DNA from: an uncultured Candidatus Saccharibacteria bacterium
GTDB lineage: Bacteria > Patescibacteriota > Minisyncoccia > Phycocordibacterales > GWA1-40-21
Assembly: GCA_964605355.1 (NCBI GenBank)
Contig: CAZSCE010000008.1
Coordinates: 1 to 23,814 of the forward strand
Direction: 5' to 3'
DNA length: 23,814 nucleotides
Of this stretch, positions 1 through 8,159 are shown in pieces. The position numbers and the translations under genes were made by a program. The notes below the pieces were generated by a model. The model made no database searches. It saw only the letters and a list, made by a program, of their open reading frames with translations, and was not told where the DNA came from. Within the stretch, counting starts at the first letter, position 1. Each line of letters starts with the position of its first letter.

Positions 1-132
1 TGCAAGGTTTTTGCAAGCTTTTAGTAAGGTTTTAGGCCTAAATTATCATTGGTGTATACTTATGAGATATATAGTGAGTAAATTGGAGAATATAAGTTGT
101 TTATTAATTCAATCAAGGGTATAATACCAGAG

Positions 133-254
133 TTGACCCATACATGTTTTGTCTCGAAAGCTTTTTTATTGCTTCGTTACCCTAAAGGGGCGACTTGCCA
201 ATGAGGCTGCTTTCGAGCAAGTGTATTGGGTCAACCAGGTCGTCCCTTTAGTGT
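133..254. repeat. Two interleaved imperfect inverted repeats directly upstream of the serine recombinase start. IR1 pairs 133-161 with 209-236 and IR2 pairs 178-196 with 237-254. Candidate recombination (att/res-like) site or operator.
   Basis: Read from the sequence: ctcgaaagc (153-161) against gctttcgag (209-217) is a perfect 9 bp match and extends through TGTAT/GGGTCAA with one indel. The segment taccctaaaggggcgactt (178-196) matches the reverse complement of aggtcgtccctttagtgt (237-254) at 15 of 18 positions. The arms cross, giving the order IR1L-IR2L-IR1R-IR2R. Confidence 0.5.
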
Positions 255-263
255 ATAAAAATT

Positions 264-2042
264 ATGGAAAATGAAATAAAGAAAATTACATGGATTATAT
301 ATGCCCGCAAAAGTACAGAGTCTGAAGATAGACAAATTCAATCTATTGATGATCAGATTAATTATCAGAAAGAAACTGCCGAAAGAGAGGGATTGAATGT
401 TATTAAAATAATTAAGGAATCTAAATCTGCTAAAGAACCACACAAGCGTGATGGGTTTACTGAGTTAGTTAAACTAATAGAAGAAGGTAAGGTGAACGGT
501 GTTCTCACATGGAAAATGGACCGTCTATCTAGAAACCCGATTGATAGTGCTACTATTCAATACTTCCTTCAGAAGAAAAAATTACTTTGTGTTAAAACTG
601 CGGAGAAAAATTACCTGCCAGAAGACAATGCTTTGATTATGTCTGTAGAGAATGGAATGGCTAATCAGTATATTAGAGACTTATCAAAGAATGTTAAAAG
701 AGGTTTAACCTCTAAGGCAGAAAAGGGATGGTTTCCAAATATACCGCCAATTGGATATTTAAATTCAAAGACAAGAGAGAAAGGTTCTGAGACGATTCTA
801 GTTGATGAACAACGATTTCATTTGGTCCGTAAAATCTGGGACTTAATGCTTACAGGAACATACTCCCCTCCTAAAGTATTGGAAATTGCTTCAAATGAAT
901 GGGGTCTAAAAACTCCGCCTCGAAAAAAGCTTGGCGGTAGGCCAATATCTAGAAGCCACATTTATACTATGCTAACTAACGATTTTTACGCTGGTTACTT
1001 TCACTATGGTGGCAAAACCTATATTGGTAAGCATAAGGCCATGATAACTATGGACGAATTTGAGAAGGTCCAGGTTATTCTTGGTAAGAAAGGTAGACCA
1101 AAGACACAATTCAATGACTTCCCTTTTACTGGAATAATGAAGTGTGCTGAATGTGGTGCTAGTGTAACTGCTTCTAGAAAAATGAAACTAGTAAAAGGCA
1201 CTGGGCAGGTGGTCCCATATATTTACTACCACTGCACAAAGAGAAAGCTAAATGTTAAATGTAAATCTAGACCAGTAACACTTTGTGATATGGAGAAAAA
1301 CATTACCGATATAATTGAAAGTAATTTAATTGATCCAGAATTCTATAAGCTTGGTTTAGAAACACTCAAAGATATGCACAGTCTTGAGATTAACAAGAGA
1401 CAACAAATATACGAAACCCAACTTCGAAATGTTGAAGAGACACAAAAGAAGATAGATAGAACACTTGGTTTCTTATTAGATGGAACCATAACAAAAGAAC
1501 AATATAATTTACAGAAGAAAGAATTTGAGGATGAATTAATGAGAGAAAAACAAAAGTTAAGCGAGACTGAAGCTAGAGCTAGAAATTGGACCGAGCTTAC
1601 TGAAAATGTTTTACACTTCTCTTCTTTAGCAATGGAAGCATTGAAAGATGGTAATGTACAAATCAAAAGAGAGATACTAAGTAGTATCGGTTGGAACCAC
1701 AGGCTAGATGGCAAAAAACTGTTTGTAGATCTACATTCCTGGTTTAAAGTACTAAAAGATGGTGAAAAACGACTATTACCTGAAATCAAGGCGTTGGAAC
1801 TAGATAAAATCGTTGACCCACAACGACAAAAGGAGGCTTTCGCCTCCATTCGTCCTAGTCTGTGCGCCGGGTTGGACTCGAACCAACGTAGGCCGAAGCC
1901 GCGAAATTTACAGTCTCGTGTAATTGCCACTATACGACCGGCGCATATTTGTCACAAACACATTCTATCAGATTCTTTATATTTATCAAGAGCTTCTTAT
2001 CGTGGTAACGAATATGAATTAGGCCATGTTTCATCACTCTAG
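264..2042 (+). CDS. Large serine recombinase (resolvase/invertase catalytic domain, recombinase domain, zinc ribbon and coiled coil). The annotated end is the first stop, but the last ~60 codons run antisense through tRNA-Tyr, so the true C-terminus is uncertain.
   Basis: The N-terminal IYARKSTESEDRQ...SIDDQ is the catalytic-serine resolvase motif. Also present are GYLNSKTREKGS, a zinc-ribbon motif (CAECGASVTAS...YYHCTKRK..C) and a long Q/E/K-rich coiled coil. Length and architecture fit phage/ICE-type large serine recombinases. Confidence 0.85.
   Translation: MENEIKKITWIIYARKSTESEDRQIQSIDDQINYQKETAEREGLNVIKIIKESKSAKEPHKRDGFTELVKLIEEGKVNGVLTWKMDRLSRNPIDSATIQYFLQKKKLLCVKTAEKNYLPEDNALIMSVENGMANQYIRDLSKNVKRGLTSKAEKGWFPNIPPIGYLNSKTREKGSETILVDEQRFHLVRKIWDLMLTGTYSPPKVLEIASNEWGLKTPPRKKLGGRPISRSHIYTMLTNDFYAGYFHYGGKTYIGKHKAMITMDEFEKVQVILGKKGRPKTQFNDFPFTGIMKCAECGASVTASRKMKLVKGTGQVVPYIYYHCTKRKLNVKCKSRPVTLCDMEKNITDIIESNLIDPEFYKLGLETLKDMHSLEINKRQQIYETQLRNVEETQKKIDRTLGFLLDGTITKEQYNLQKKEFEDELMREKQKLSETEARARNWTELTENVLHFSSLAMEALKDGNVQIKREILSSIGWNHRLDGKKLFVDLHSWFKVLKDGEKRLLPEIKALELDKIVDPQRQKEAFASIRPSLCAGLDSNQRRPKPRNLQSRVIATIRPAHICHKHILSDSLYLSRASYRGNEYELGHVSSL
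1863..1944 (-). tRNA. tRNA-Tyr (anticodon GUA), type II with a long variable arm; CCA not encoded
   Basis: Minus-strand sequence gcgccgg-tc-gta-tagtggcaat-tac-a-cgaga-cuGUAaa-tttcg-c-ggc-ttcg-gcc-tac-gttgg-ttcgagt-ccaac-ccggcgc-a. It has a 7 bp acceptor stem, a 3 bp D stem, a 5 bp anticodon stem with a GUA anticodon, a UUCG-capped variable arm and a canonical T arm. Confidence 0.85.
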
Positions 2043-2571
2043 CATTAACACGCGAATCATTTCTTACATAAGGCTTGGTAAATTGAGCCTTTGGTATTTT
2101 AGTCAGCTTAGACCAAAAATTGATTATAGAAGGTGTATCTTGATTGGAATAACAATAAATGTATGCTCGAAGTTTCTTCTTATCAAAATTATATACGTCT
2201 CTAAAGGCTTTCATAAAAACCCGAACCATGACTGGATCACTATTAGCAAAATCAAATGTTCCCATTTTGCTGTTTTCATTTCCTTTAAAACCTTCACCCC
2301 AATAAAGCATCGCCAATATCGATTCTGCATAAGCCTTTCTTAATCCTTTAATACTCTTTCTTCTAAAAGTCATCTTTTTATTTTCAAAAGACCTTTTACT
2401 TGCCTCTTTAAAATCCCTCCTAGGGATATTGTATTTACGCATAGCATACGTTACTGCATCTATCGAGACATCAAAATATTTTGCCACATCAAGCATACAC
2501 TTACCCTCTTTTATATATAGGGCCTTGAGTTTAGTAATTTGATTTTTTGAAATTGCAGGCGTGTTCACCAC
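1930..2571 (-). CDS. Putative single-motif LAGLIDADG-type homing endonuclease with an N-terminal helix-turn-helix. Its stop codon lies inside the 5' end of tRNA-Tyr. The real start may be the internal Met near 2496.
   Basis: The motif ILAMLYWGEGF aligns to LAGLIDADG at the conserved L, A, L, acidic residue and G positions. It is followed by beta-rich segments (GTFDFANSD, LRAYIYCYSNQD, LINIKNLIE) typical of the I-CreI fold. The N-terminus (ITKLKALYIKEGKCMLDVAKYFDVSIDAVTYAMRKYNI) looks like an HTH. This is recalled motif similarity only. Confidence 0.45.
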   Translation of the reverse strand: MVNTPAISKNQITKLKALYIKEGKCMLDVAKYFDVSIDAVTYAMRKYNIPRRDFKEASKRSFENKKMTFRRKSIKGLRKAYAESILAMLYWGEGFKGNENSKMGTFDFANSDPVMVRVFMKAFRDVYNFDKKKLRAYIYCYSNQDTPSIINFWSKLTKIPKAQFTKPYVRNDSRVNARVMKHGLIHIRYHDKKLLINIKNLIECVCDKYAPVV

Positions 2572-2639
2572 CTAATAATAACAAAAACTACATTAGCTAG
2601 TCAAGCTAAAAAGTTCTACGTGCTACTGGCCTTGTCTTA

Positions 2640-2660
2640 CCCCTCCTTTCTTAGGAGGGG
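2640..2660 (-). terminator. GC-rich hairpin (cccctcc-tttctt-aggagggg) immediately downstream of clpB; probable transcription terminator or RNA-stabilising stem
   Basis: A perfect 8 bp inverted repeat lies 9 nt past the clpB stop. There is no strong U-tract, so terminator function is uncertain. Confidence 0.35.
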
Positions 2661-2668
2661 TCGCGTTC

Positions 2669-5341
2669 TTACGCGGGGGTGGTTTGGCGAAGCAAAGTTT
2701 GTATTTTTTTCTTCCCCTTCACCTCAAAAGTAAACTCGCCTTTTTTAAAATCAACGCTTACCACACCTCCGGCCATCACCCCACGAGAAATCATCAGGGA
2801 GGCAACAGGGTTAAGGATTTTTTCTTGAATCAAGCGCTTAAGAGGGCGGGCACCATATTGTGGATTATAACCTTCACGCGCTAAATAAGAAATAATTTCT
2901 TTACTAATTATTAATTTAATCTCTTTCTCCACCAAGCGCTTTCTAACAATATCTAATTGAATATCCACGATCTTGGCCACCGCCACTTCACTCAAAATAT
3001 CAAAAATAATAATATCATCCAAGCGGTTCAAAAATTCCGGACGGAAATTATCCTTCAGGGCCTTCATAACTTTCCCCTTCACATCTTCATACTCGGTCTT
3101 CTTAGTTTTATCCTGAGCAAAACCTATCTCCTCCATTTTATCAATATAATTAGCACCAATATTTGAAGTCATAATAATAACGGTGTTTTTAAAATTCACC
3201 GTGCGCCCTTTGGCGTCTGTCAGCCGGCCATTATCAAGCACCTGAAGTAAGATATTAAATACTTCTGGATGCGCTTTCTCAATTTCATCAAAAAGAATTA
3301 CCGAGTAGGGACGGTGCCGGACCATCTCCGTCAAATTACCCCCCTCTTCATAACCCACATAACCCGGCGGTGAACCAATCAGTTTTGAGACGGAATGACG
3401 CTCCATAAATTCTGACATATCCACGCGGATCAGAGCATTATCATCATCAAACATAAATTCTGCCAAAGCTTTGGTCAGCTCGGTTTTACCCACTCCGGTA
3501 GGTCCCAGAAAGATAAATGAGCCAATAGGCCTATTGGGGTCAGAAATACCCGCCCGAGAGCGTTTTACGGTGTCAGAAATCTTCTTAACAGCCACATCCT
3601 GGCCAATTATTCTTCTCTTAAGTTCATCATCCATCCGGCCCAATTTTTCCGCTTCTGCCTCAAGCATCCTGGTCACCGGCACTCCGGTCCAGCGGGAAAC
3701 AATATCAGCTATATCCTCCTCGCCAATTTCTTCCTTAAGCATTCGTCTGGAACTCTGTAAGTTCTTTAATCTTTTGGCTTTTATAACTAAATCTTTTTCC
3801 ATTAGTGGTATTGTGCCATAACGAATTTCCGCCGCCTTGGCCAAATCCACGCGCATTTCCGCCGCCTCGGCCTCTATCCGGGCCTGCTCCAAATTTTTCT
3901 TCAAAGTTTTTATTTCCGTAATAGTTTCCTTTTCATTTTTCCACTTCAATTCTATCTCCGCGGTTTTCTCCTTCAGATCTGCAATTTCTTTTTCAATTAT
4001 TTTTACGCGGGCCCGAGCCTTCTTCTCACCGCGCTCGGCTTCTTTTTTCAATGCCTCTTTTTCAATTTCCAAACGTAGCACTCTCCTATGTGTTTCCTCT
4101 AAAACTGGTGGCATATTTTCTAAAGAAATTTTTAACGAAGAAGAAGCCTCATCAATCAGATCCACCGCCTTATCCGGCAGGAATCTGTCAGTAATATACC
4201 TGGAGCTTAAATTTACAGAAGCCACAATAGCATCGTCAGTAATCCGAACGCCGTGATACAGTTCATATTTTTCTTTTAAGCCACGCAAAATAGCAATGGC
4301 ATCTTCCAAGGATGGCTCATTAACATACACGGTTTGGAAACGTCTGGTCAGCGCCGGATCTTTTTCTATCTTCTGATATTCTTTTATAGTAGTGGCGCCA
4401 ATAGTTCTAAATTCCCCTCGAGATAAGGCTGGTTTCAACATGTTCGAAGCATCCATGGATCCTTCTGCTGAGCCCGCCCCCACAATAGTGTGTATCTCAT
4501 CAATAAAGACAATTATTTTCCCCTCTGACCGCTCAATTTCTTTAATAATATTTTTTAAGCGCTCTTCAAATTCACCACGGTATTTAGTTCCCGCAATGAG
4601 CATCCCCATATCCAAGGAAACCAGTTCCTTATCCTTTAATGATTCTGGCACATCACCAGTGGACATCCGCAAGGCCAGGCCTTCTACAATAGCGGTTTTC
4701 CCCACGCCGGCTTCACCAATCAAGATCGGATTATTCTTAGTGCGCCTGGATAGTATTTGGATAATTCTACTTATTTCCGTATCACGGCCAATCACCGGAT
4801 CAAGTTTATTTTCCTTGGCCAATTTAGTTAAATTCCGTGTATATTTGGAAATAGCTTTATATTTTTTTATTGTTGGCGCTTCACCCACATTATTTGTTTT
4901 AAATTCTTCCAAAATACTTACTACTTTTATACGGTCAATCTTAAAACGGGTGAGCATATCTCGGGCCGGACTAGTGGTATCCAGCACACTAATAAATAAA
5001 TGCTCAGTAGAAATAAATTCATCTTTTAGCTCACGGGCTATTTTCCCGGACGCTTCTATCACTTGGGCCAGATCCGGTGTTAAATATATTTGCATGGCGG
5101 GTGAGGAAATATTTGTCCCGGGATTTATATTATCAATAACCTCCAGTAAGGAATCAGTCAGCAATACTATATCAATCTCTAATCTCTCCAAAATAGATGA
5201 AACTATACTTTCCTCTTGCATAATAAGAGCCAGGAGAAGGTGGGTAGGGTTTACGTGATTTTGTCCACGCTCAATAGCCAGCTCGTGAGCGCGCTTTATC
5301 ACTTCCTTGGCCTTGGTTGTAAAATTATTAAATGGCGGCAT
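2669..5341 (-). CDS. clpB: ATP-dependent chaperone/disaggregase ClpB (two AAA+ modules with a long coiled-coil M-domain)
   Basis: N-terminal Clp repeats are present. Walker A motifs are GEAGVGKTAIVEGLA (NBD1) and GPTGVGKTELTKALA (NBD2). A ~120-aa coiled-coil M-domain lies between them, and the C-terminal domain is also present. 890 aa. Confidence 0.92.
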   Translation of the reverse strand: MPPFNNFTTKAKEVIKRAHELAIERGQNHVNPTHLLLALIMQEESIVSSILERLEIDIVLLTDSLLEVIDNINPGTNISSPAMQIYLTPDLAQVIEASGKIARELKDEFISTEHLFISVLDTTSPARDMLTRFKIDRIKVVSILEEFKTNNVGEAPTIKKYKAISKYTRNLTKLAKENKLDPVIGRDTEISRIIQILSRRTKNNPILIGEAGVGKTAIVEGLALRMSTGDVPESLKDKELVSLDMGMLIAGTKYRGEFEERLKNIIKEIERSEGKIIVFIDEIHTIVGAGSAEGSMDASNMLKPALSRGEFRTIGATTIKEYQKIEKDPALTRRFQTVYVNEPSLEDAIAILRGLKEKYELYHGVRITDDAIVASVNLSSRYITDRFLPDKAVDLIDEASSSLKISLENMPPVLEETHRRVLRLEIEKEALKKEAERGEKKARARVKIIEKEIADLKEKTAEIELKWKNEKETITEIKTLKKNLEQARIEAEAAEMRVDLAKAAEIRYGTIPLMEKDLVIKAKRLKNLQSSRRMLKEEIGEEDIADIVSRWTGVPVTRMLEAEAEKLGRMDDELKRRIIGQDVAVKKISDTVKRSRAGISDPNRPIGSFIFLGPTGVGKTELTKALAEFMFDDDNALIRVDMSEFMERHSVSKLIGSPPGYVGYEEGGNLTEMVRHRPYSVILFDEIEKAHPEVFNILLQVLDNGRLTDAKGRTVNFKNTVIIMTSNIGANYIDKMEEIGFAQDKTKKTEYEDVKGKVMKALKDNFRPEFLNRLDDIIIFDILSEVAVAKIVDIQLDIVRKRLVEKEIKLIISKEIISYLAREGYNPQYGARPLKRLIQEKILNPVASLMISRGVMAGGVVSVDFKKGEFTFEVKGKKKIQTLLRQTTPA

Positions 5342-5404
5342 AAATATAAATTCAAATTACTACAAATTCATCATAGCAGACTGGGCGGAAAATTCAAATA
5401 GAAA

Positions 5405-6271
5405 TTATATAGTACCTATTTCTTTCTTTAAGAGATTAGAAGGTAAATAATTATATAAAGTAGAAACGGTTGAACCAACCTTAATCCCCACCACCTCACC
5501 ATAAAGGTTTAATAACGGCCCACCGGAAATAATATCAACTAAATTCACATTGGTATTTATAGCCACAATTTCTCTAGGGGCTATAGCCGTACTGGTAGCG
5601 GTGCTAGAAGCATTCGCCGCCCTGCCCTCCACATCTACCAGGCTGGAAACAATACCGGTAGAAACAGAATTCTGTGTTTGCCCTCCCCAAGCAATAACTG
5701 TTTGACCAAGTTTGAGAGCATTAGAATCAGAAATGGTGACCGAGGTAAAAGTAACAAGATTTTTTTCATCTTGAATAACTTTTAGGAAATAAAATTGACT
5801 ACCTTCTTTTCTAGGTAAAATACTCACATTATAAAACTTGGCATTATCCAAGGTTACCTGATATTTTCCGCGCAGATCAGCAAAAACATCCCCGGTCACA
5901 ATTAAACCTTCTTTGGAAACTATCGTCCCTAAACCAATAAATGTTCGCTCAGCTACATCACCGGAATTTTCCATATCAGTATAAATTCTGACAATACTGT
6001 TTTTATTTTTATCTACAGACTCCACAATTTTATCATCCTCCTTTACCACCACAGTTTCTCTGGTGATTACAGCGGCGGCATTATTATTTGTTGGCGGAGT
6101 AACAATTTTTTCTATGGTTCTTTCTACCACGCGGTTAATAGTTTGGGTCACGCCGGCTGGAGCCTGGTCCATCAGCGCCACAGTCACAATTCCGGTGGCA
6201 ATAGAAGTCACAAAACTCACAAGTAGAGTCACAAGTACTATCTGTTGTTTTGTAAGTTTTTCCATATCCAT
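5405..6271 (-). CDS. Membrane-anchored trypsin-like (HtrA/DegP S1C family) homolog that lacks the catalytic histidine; probable pseudoprotease
   Basis: N-terminal TM helix (IVLVTLLVSFVTSIATGIVTVALM). The C-terminal DIISGGPLLNLYGEVVGI matches the GNSGGPL serine-box region of HtrA-type proteases. The 288-aa translation contains no His residue at all. Confidence 0.55.
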   Translation of the reverse strand: MDMEKLTKQQIVLVTLLVSFVTSIATGIVTVALMDQAPAGVTQTINRVVERTIEKIVTPPTNNNAAAVITRETVVVKEDDKIVESVDKNKNSIVRIYTDMENSGDVAERTFIGLGTIVSKEGLIVTGDVFADLRGKYQVTLDNAKFYNVSILPRKEGSQFYFLKVIQDEKNLVTFTSVTISDSNALKLGQTVIAWGGQTQNSVSTGIVSSLVDVEGRAANASSTATSTAIAPREIVAINTNVNLVDIISGGPLLNLYGEVVGIKVGSTVSTLYNYLPSNLLKKEIGTI

Positions 6272-6310
6272 ATCTGTATTATAGAACTAATTTAAGGAAA
6301 AGCAAGTATT

Positions 6311-7576
6311 TTAATTAAAGTTTTTATTCATTTGCTTTTGAACCAGTTTTTTCAAAGTTAAAACTACAAAATTCAGGTCTTTTTGGGTAATATTCTCAGA
6401 TAAAGAAAAGCGTAGTGTAGATTTTGCTAAATTATCACCATGACCAAGGGCGCGAACTACAAAAGAACCGTCATCATCATGAGAGCAAGCACTTTTTGTA
6501 GAACAGACAATCCCCGCCTCATCTAAACATAAAACAATAAATTCTGAATCAATACCCGGAATAGAAATATTTAAATTATTCGGCAAACGATTTTCTAAAT
6601 CACCGTTTAAAACCGCTTCTGGAATTTCCTTCTGAATTTTTTGCCAGAAGTAATTACGTAAGGACACCAAGGAGAGACCTTTTTTCCGATTTAAGGTCTC
6701 ACCTTGGTAACTTTTTCTAGCTAATTCAAGCGCCTTAGCCTGACCAACTATCAGTGGCACATTCTCAGTCCCGGAACGAAGGCCTTTTTCTTGCCCACCC
6801 CCAAAAATAATGGGGGACATTTCCACATCGCTCTTTTTAAATAAAATACCCACCCCCTTTGGGCCGCCCATTTTCTGGGCATCCAGGGTCATCATATCTA
6901 CTCCTAATTCATTTACATTTAAATTCAAATATGATCCGGCCTGACTAGCATCCGTATGAAAAATTGGAAATTTAAAAGAAAAATCCTCAGAATTTTCTTT
7001 TAAATTTCTCGAGTTTTTTTGAGCATGACGAACTTCTTTGGCAATTTCCCGAATTGGCTGGACCGTGCCTATTTCATTATTGGCATACATAATAGACACC
7101 AGAACAGTATTTGGCTTTATTAATTTTCTCAATTCCCTGGGATTTACAATTCCGTTTGATTGTACTTTCAAATAATCTACTTTGGCTCCCCTTCTCTCCA
7201 GTTCCTTATAACATTCTGTGACAGAGCTGTGCTCAATATTGGAAGTAATAAAATGTAAATCAGTAATCCTCTTACTCTCCTCCTTTTCTAGGGAGGAGTG
7301 GCGAGTCTTCGAGACGAGGTGGTTCACTAAACCAAAAATGGCTAAATTATTTGACTCCGTCCCGCCGGAAGTAAAAATAATTTCCTGAGGTCTTCTCATT
7401 AAACAATCAGCCACTATTTTTCTGGAATTCTCCACTGCTTGTTTAGCCCTTACCCCTATTTTAGTAATGGAACCAGGGTTGCCAAAACTTTCACTCCAAA
7501 ACGGCTTCATGGCCAAAACAACCTCCGGCCGAACCGGGGTGGTGGAAGCATTATCTAAATAAATCACTTTTCTCAT
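6311..7576 (-). CDS. Cysteine desulfurase (class V aminotransferase, IscS/NifS family)
   Basis: MRKVIYLDNASTTP...FTSGGTESNNLAI is the NifS/IscS N-terminal signature. TLDAQKMGGPKGVGILF is the PLP-lysine region. CSTKSAC is the active-site Cys loop. Confidence 0.85.
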   Translation of the reverse strand: MRKVIYLDNASTTPVRPEVVLAMKPFWSESFGNPGSITKIGVRAKQAVENSRKIVADCLMRRPQEIIFTSGGTESNNLAIFGLVNHLVSKTRHSSLEKEESKRITDLHFITSNIEHSSVTECYKELERRGAKVDYLKVQSNGIVNPRELRKLIKPNTVLVSIMYANNEIGTVQPIREIAKEVRHAQKNSRNLKENSEDFSFKFPIFHTDASQAGSYLNLNVNELGVDMMTLDAQKMGGPKGVGILFKKSDVEMSPIIFGGGQEKGLRSGTENVPLIVGQAKALELARKSYQGETLNRKKGLSLVSLRNYFWQKIQKEIPEAVLNGDLENRLPNNLNISIPGIDSEFIVLCLDEAGIVCSTKSACSHDDDGSFVVRALGHGDNLAKSTLRFSLSENITQKDLNFVVLTLKKLVQKQMNKNFN

Positions 7577-7605
7577 TTCTCCATACTATATAAAAGCGCG
7601 CCTCT

Positions 7606-7634
7606 TTGCAAATGCCTTGGTTTTAGGGTATAAT
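7606..7634 (+). promoter_or_regulatory. Near-consensus sigma70-type promoter: TTGCAA, 17-nt spacer, TATAAT. The -10 ends 10 nt before the ATG at 7645, so the transcript is leaderless or nearly so.
   Basis: TTGCAA lies at 7606-7611 and TATAAT at 7629-7634. The predicted transcription start around 7641 is 4 nt before the start codon. Confidence 0.5.
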
Positions 7635-7644
7635 CCCTAACTGT

Positions 7645-8115
7645 ATGAATATTGATATATACATTTGGAGTGGGGCTGGTTTGGTGATAATTATCCTTTT
7701 TGCTTGGGTTATCTGGCTGCAAAATAAGCTTGGTAAACTACTGGTAGGAAAGAGTAAAACTTTGGATGAGTCATTTAATACCGTTACCAAGGAAATTATG
7801 GAGCTAAAAAAATTTCAGGTTGAAGCAGAAGAGACTTTTAATAACCATGATGCCCGTTTAAAGAAAACTATTTCCGGTGTAGAAACTATCCGTTTCAATC
7901 CATTCAAAGGTGACGGCTCTGGTGGAAACCAAAGTTTTGCCACGGCTTTCATAAATGAAGAGAAAAATGGTGTAGTAATTTCTAGTATGTATTCCAGGGA
8001 TCATGTGAGCGTCTTTTCCAAACCGATCAAGAATTTGATTTCCGAGCAGGGTGAACTTACCGCTGAAGAGAGAGAAGCTATGAACAAAGCCAAGGATTCA
8101 ATCAAAACAAAATAA
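7645..8115 (+). CDS. Small membrane-anchored protein, DUF4446-like (unknown function)
   Basis: N-terminal TM helix. The RFNPFKGDGSGGNQSFATAFINEEKNGVVISSMYSRD segment resembles the conserved core of DUF4446 proteins, as I recall it. Low certainty. Confidence 0.45.
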   Translation: MNIDIYIWSGAGLVIIILFAWVIWLQNKLGKLLVGKSKTLDESFNTVTKEIMELKKFQVEAEETFNNHDARLKKTISGVETIRFNPFKGDGSGGNQSFATAFINEEKNGVVISSMYSRDHVSVFSKPIKNLISEQGELTAEEREAMNKAKDSIKTK

Positions 8116-8159
8116 TATCATGAACGTTTCTCGTTTAAATTTGTTTTCAAAAAAAGAAT

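Noticed and set aside
1343-1930. 195-aa minus-strand ORF
   Set aside because: It is entirely antisense to the serine recombinase coding region, and its translation is Ser/Cys/Phe-rich low complexity.
2026-2343. 105-aa + strand ORF
   Set aside because: It is antisense to the LAGLIDADG-like gene and has no features.
3471-5258. Several + strand ORFs of 116-288 aa inside the clpB region
   Set aside because: They are antisense to a confidently identified clpB. Their translations are low-complexity, S/I/F-rich, and have no motifs.
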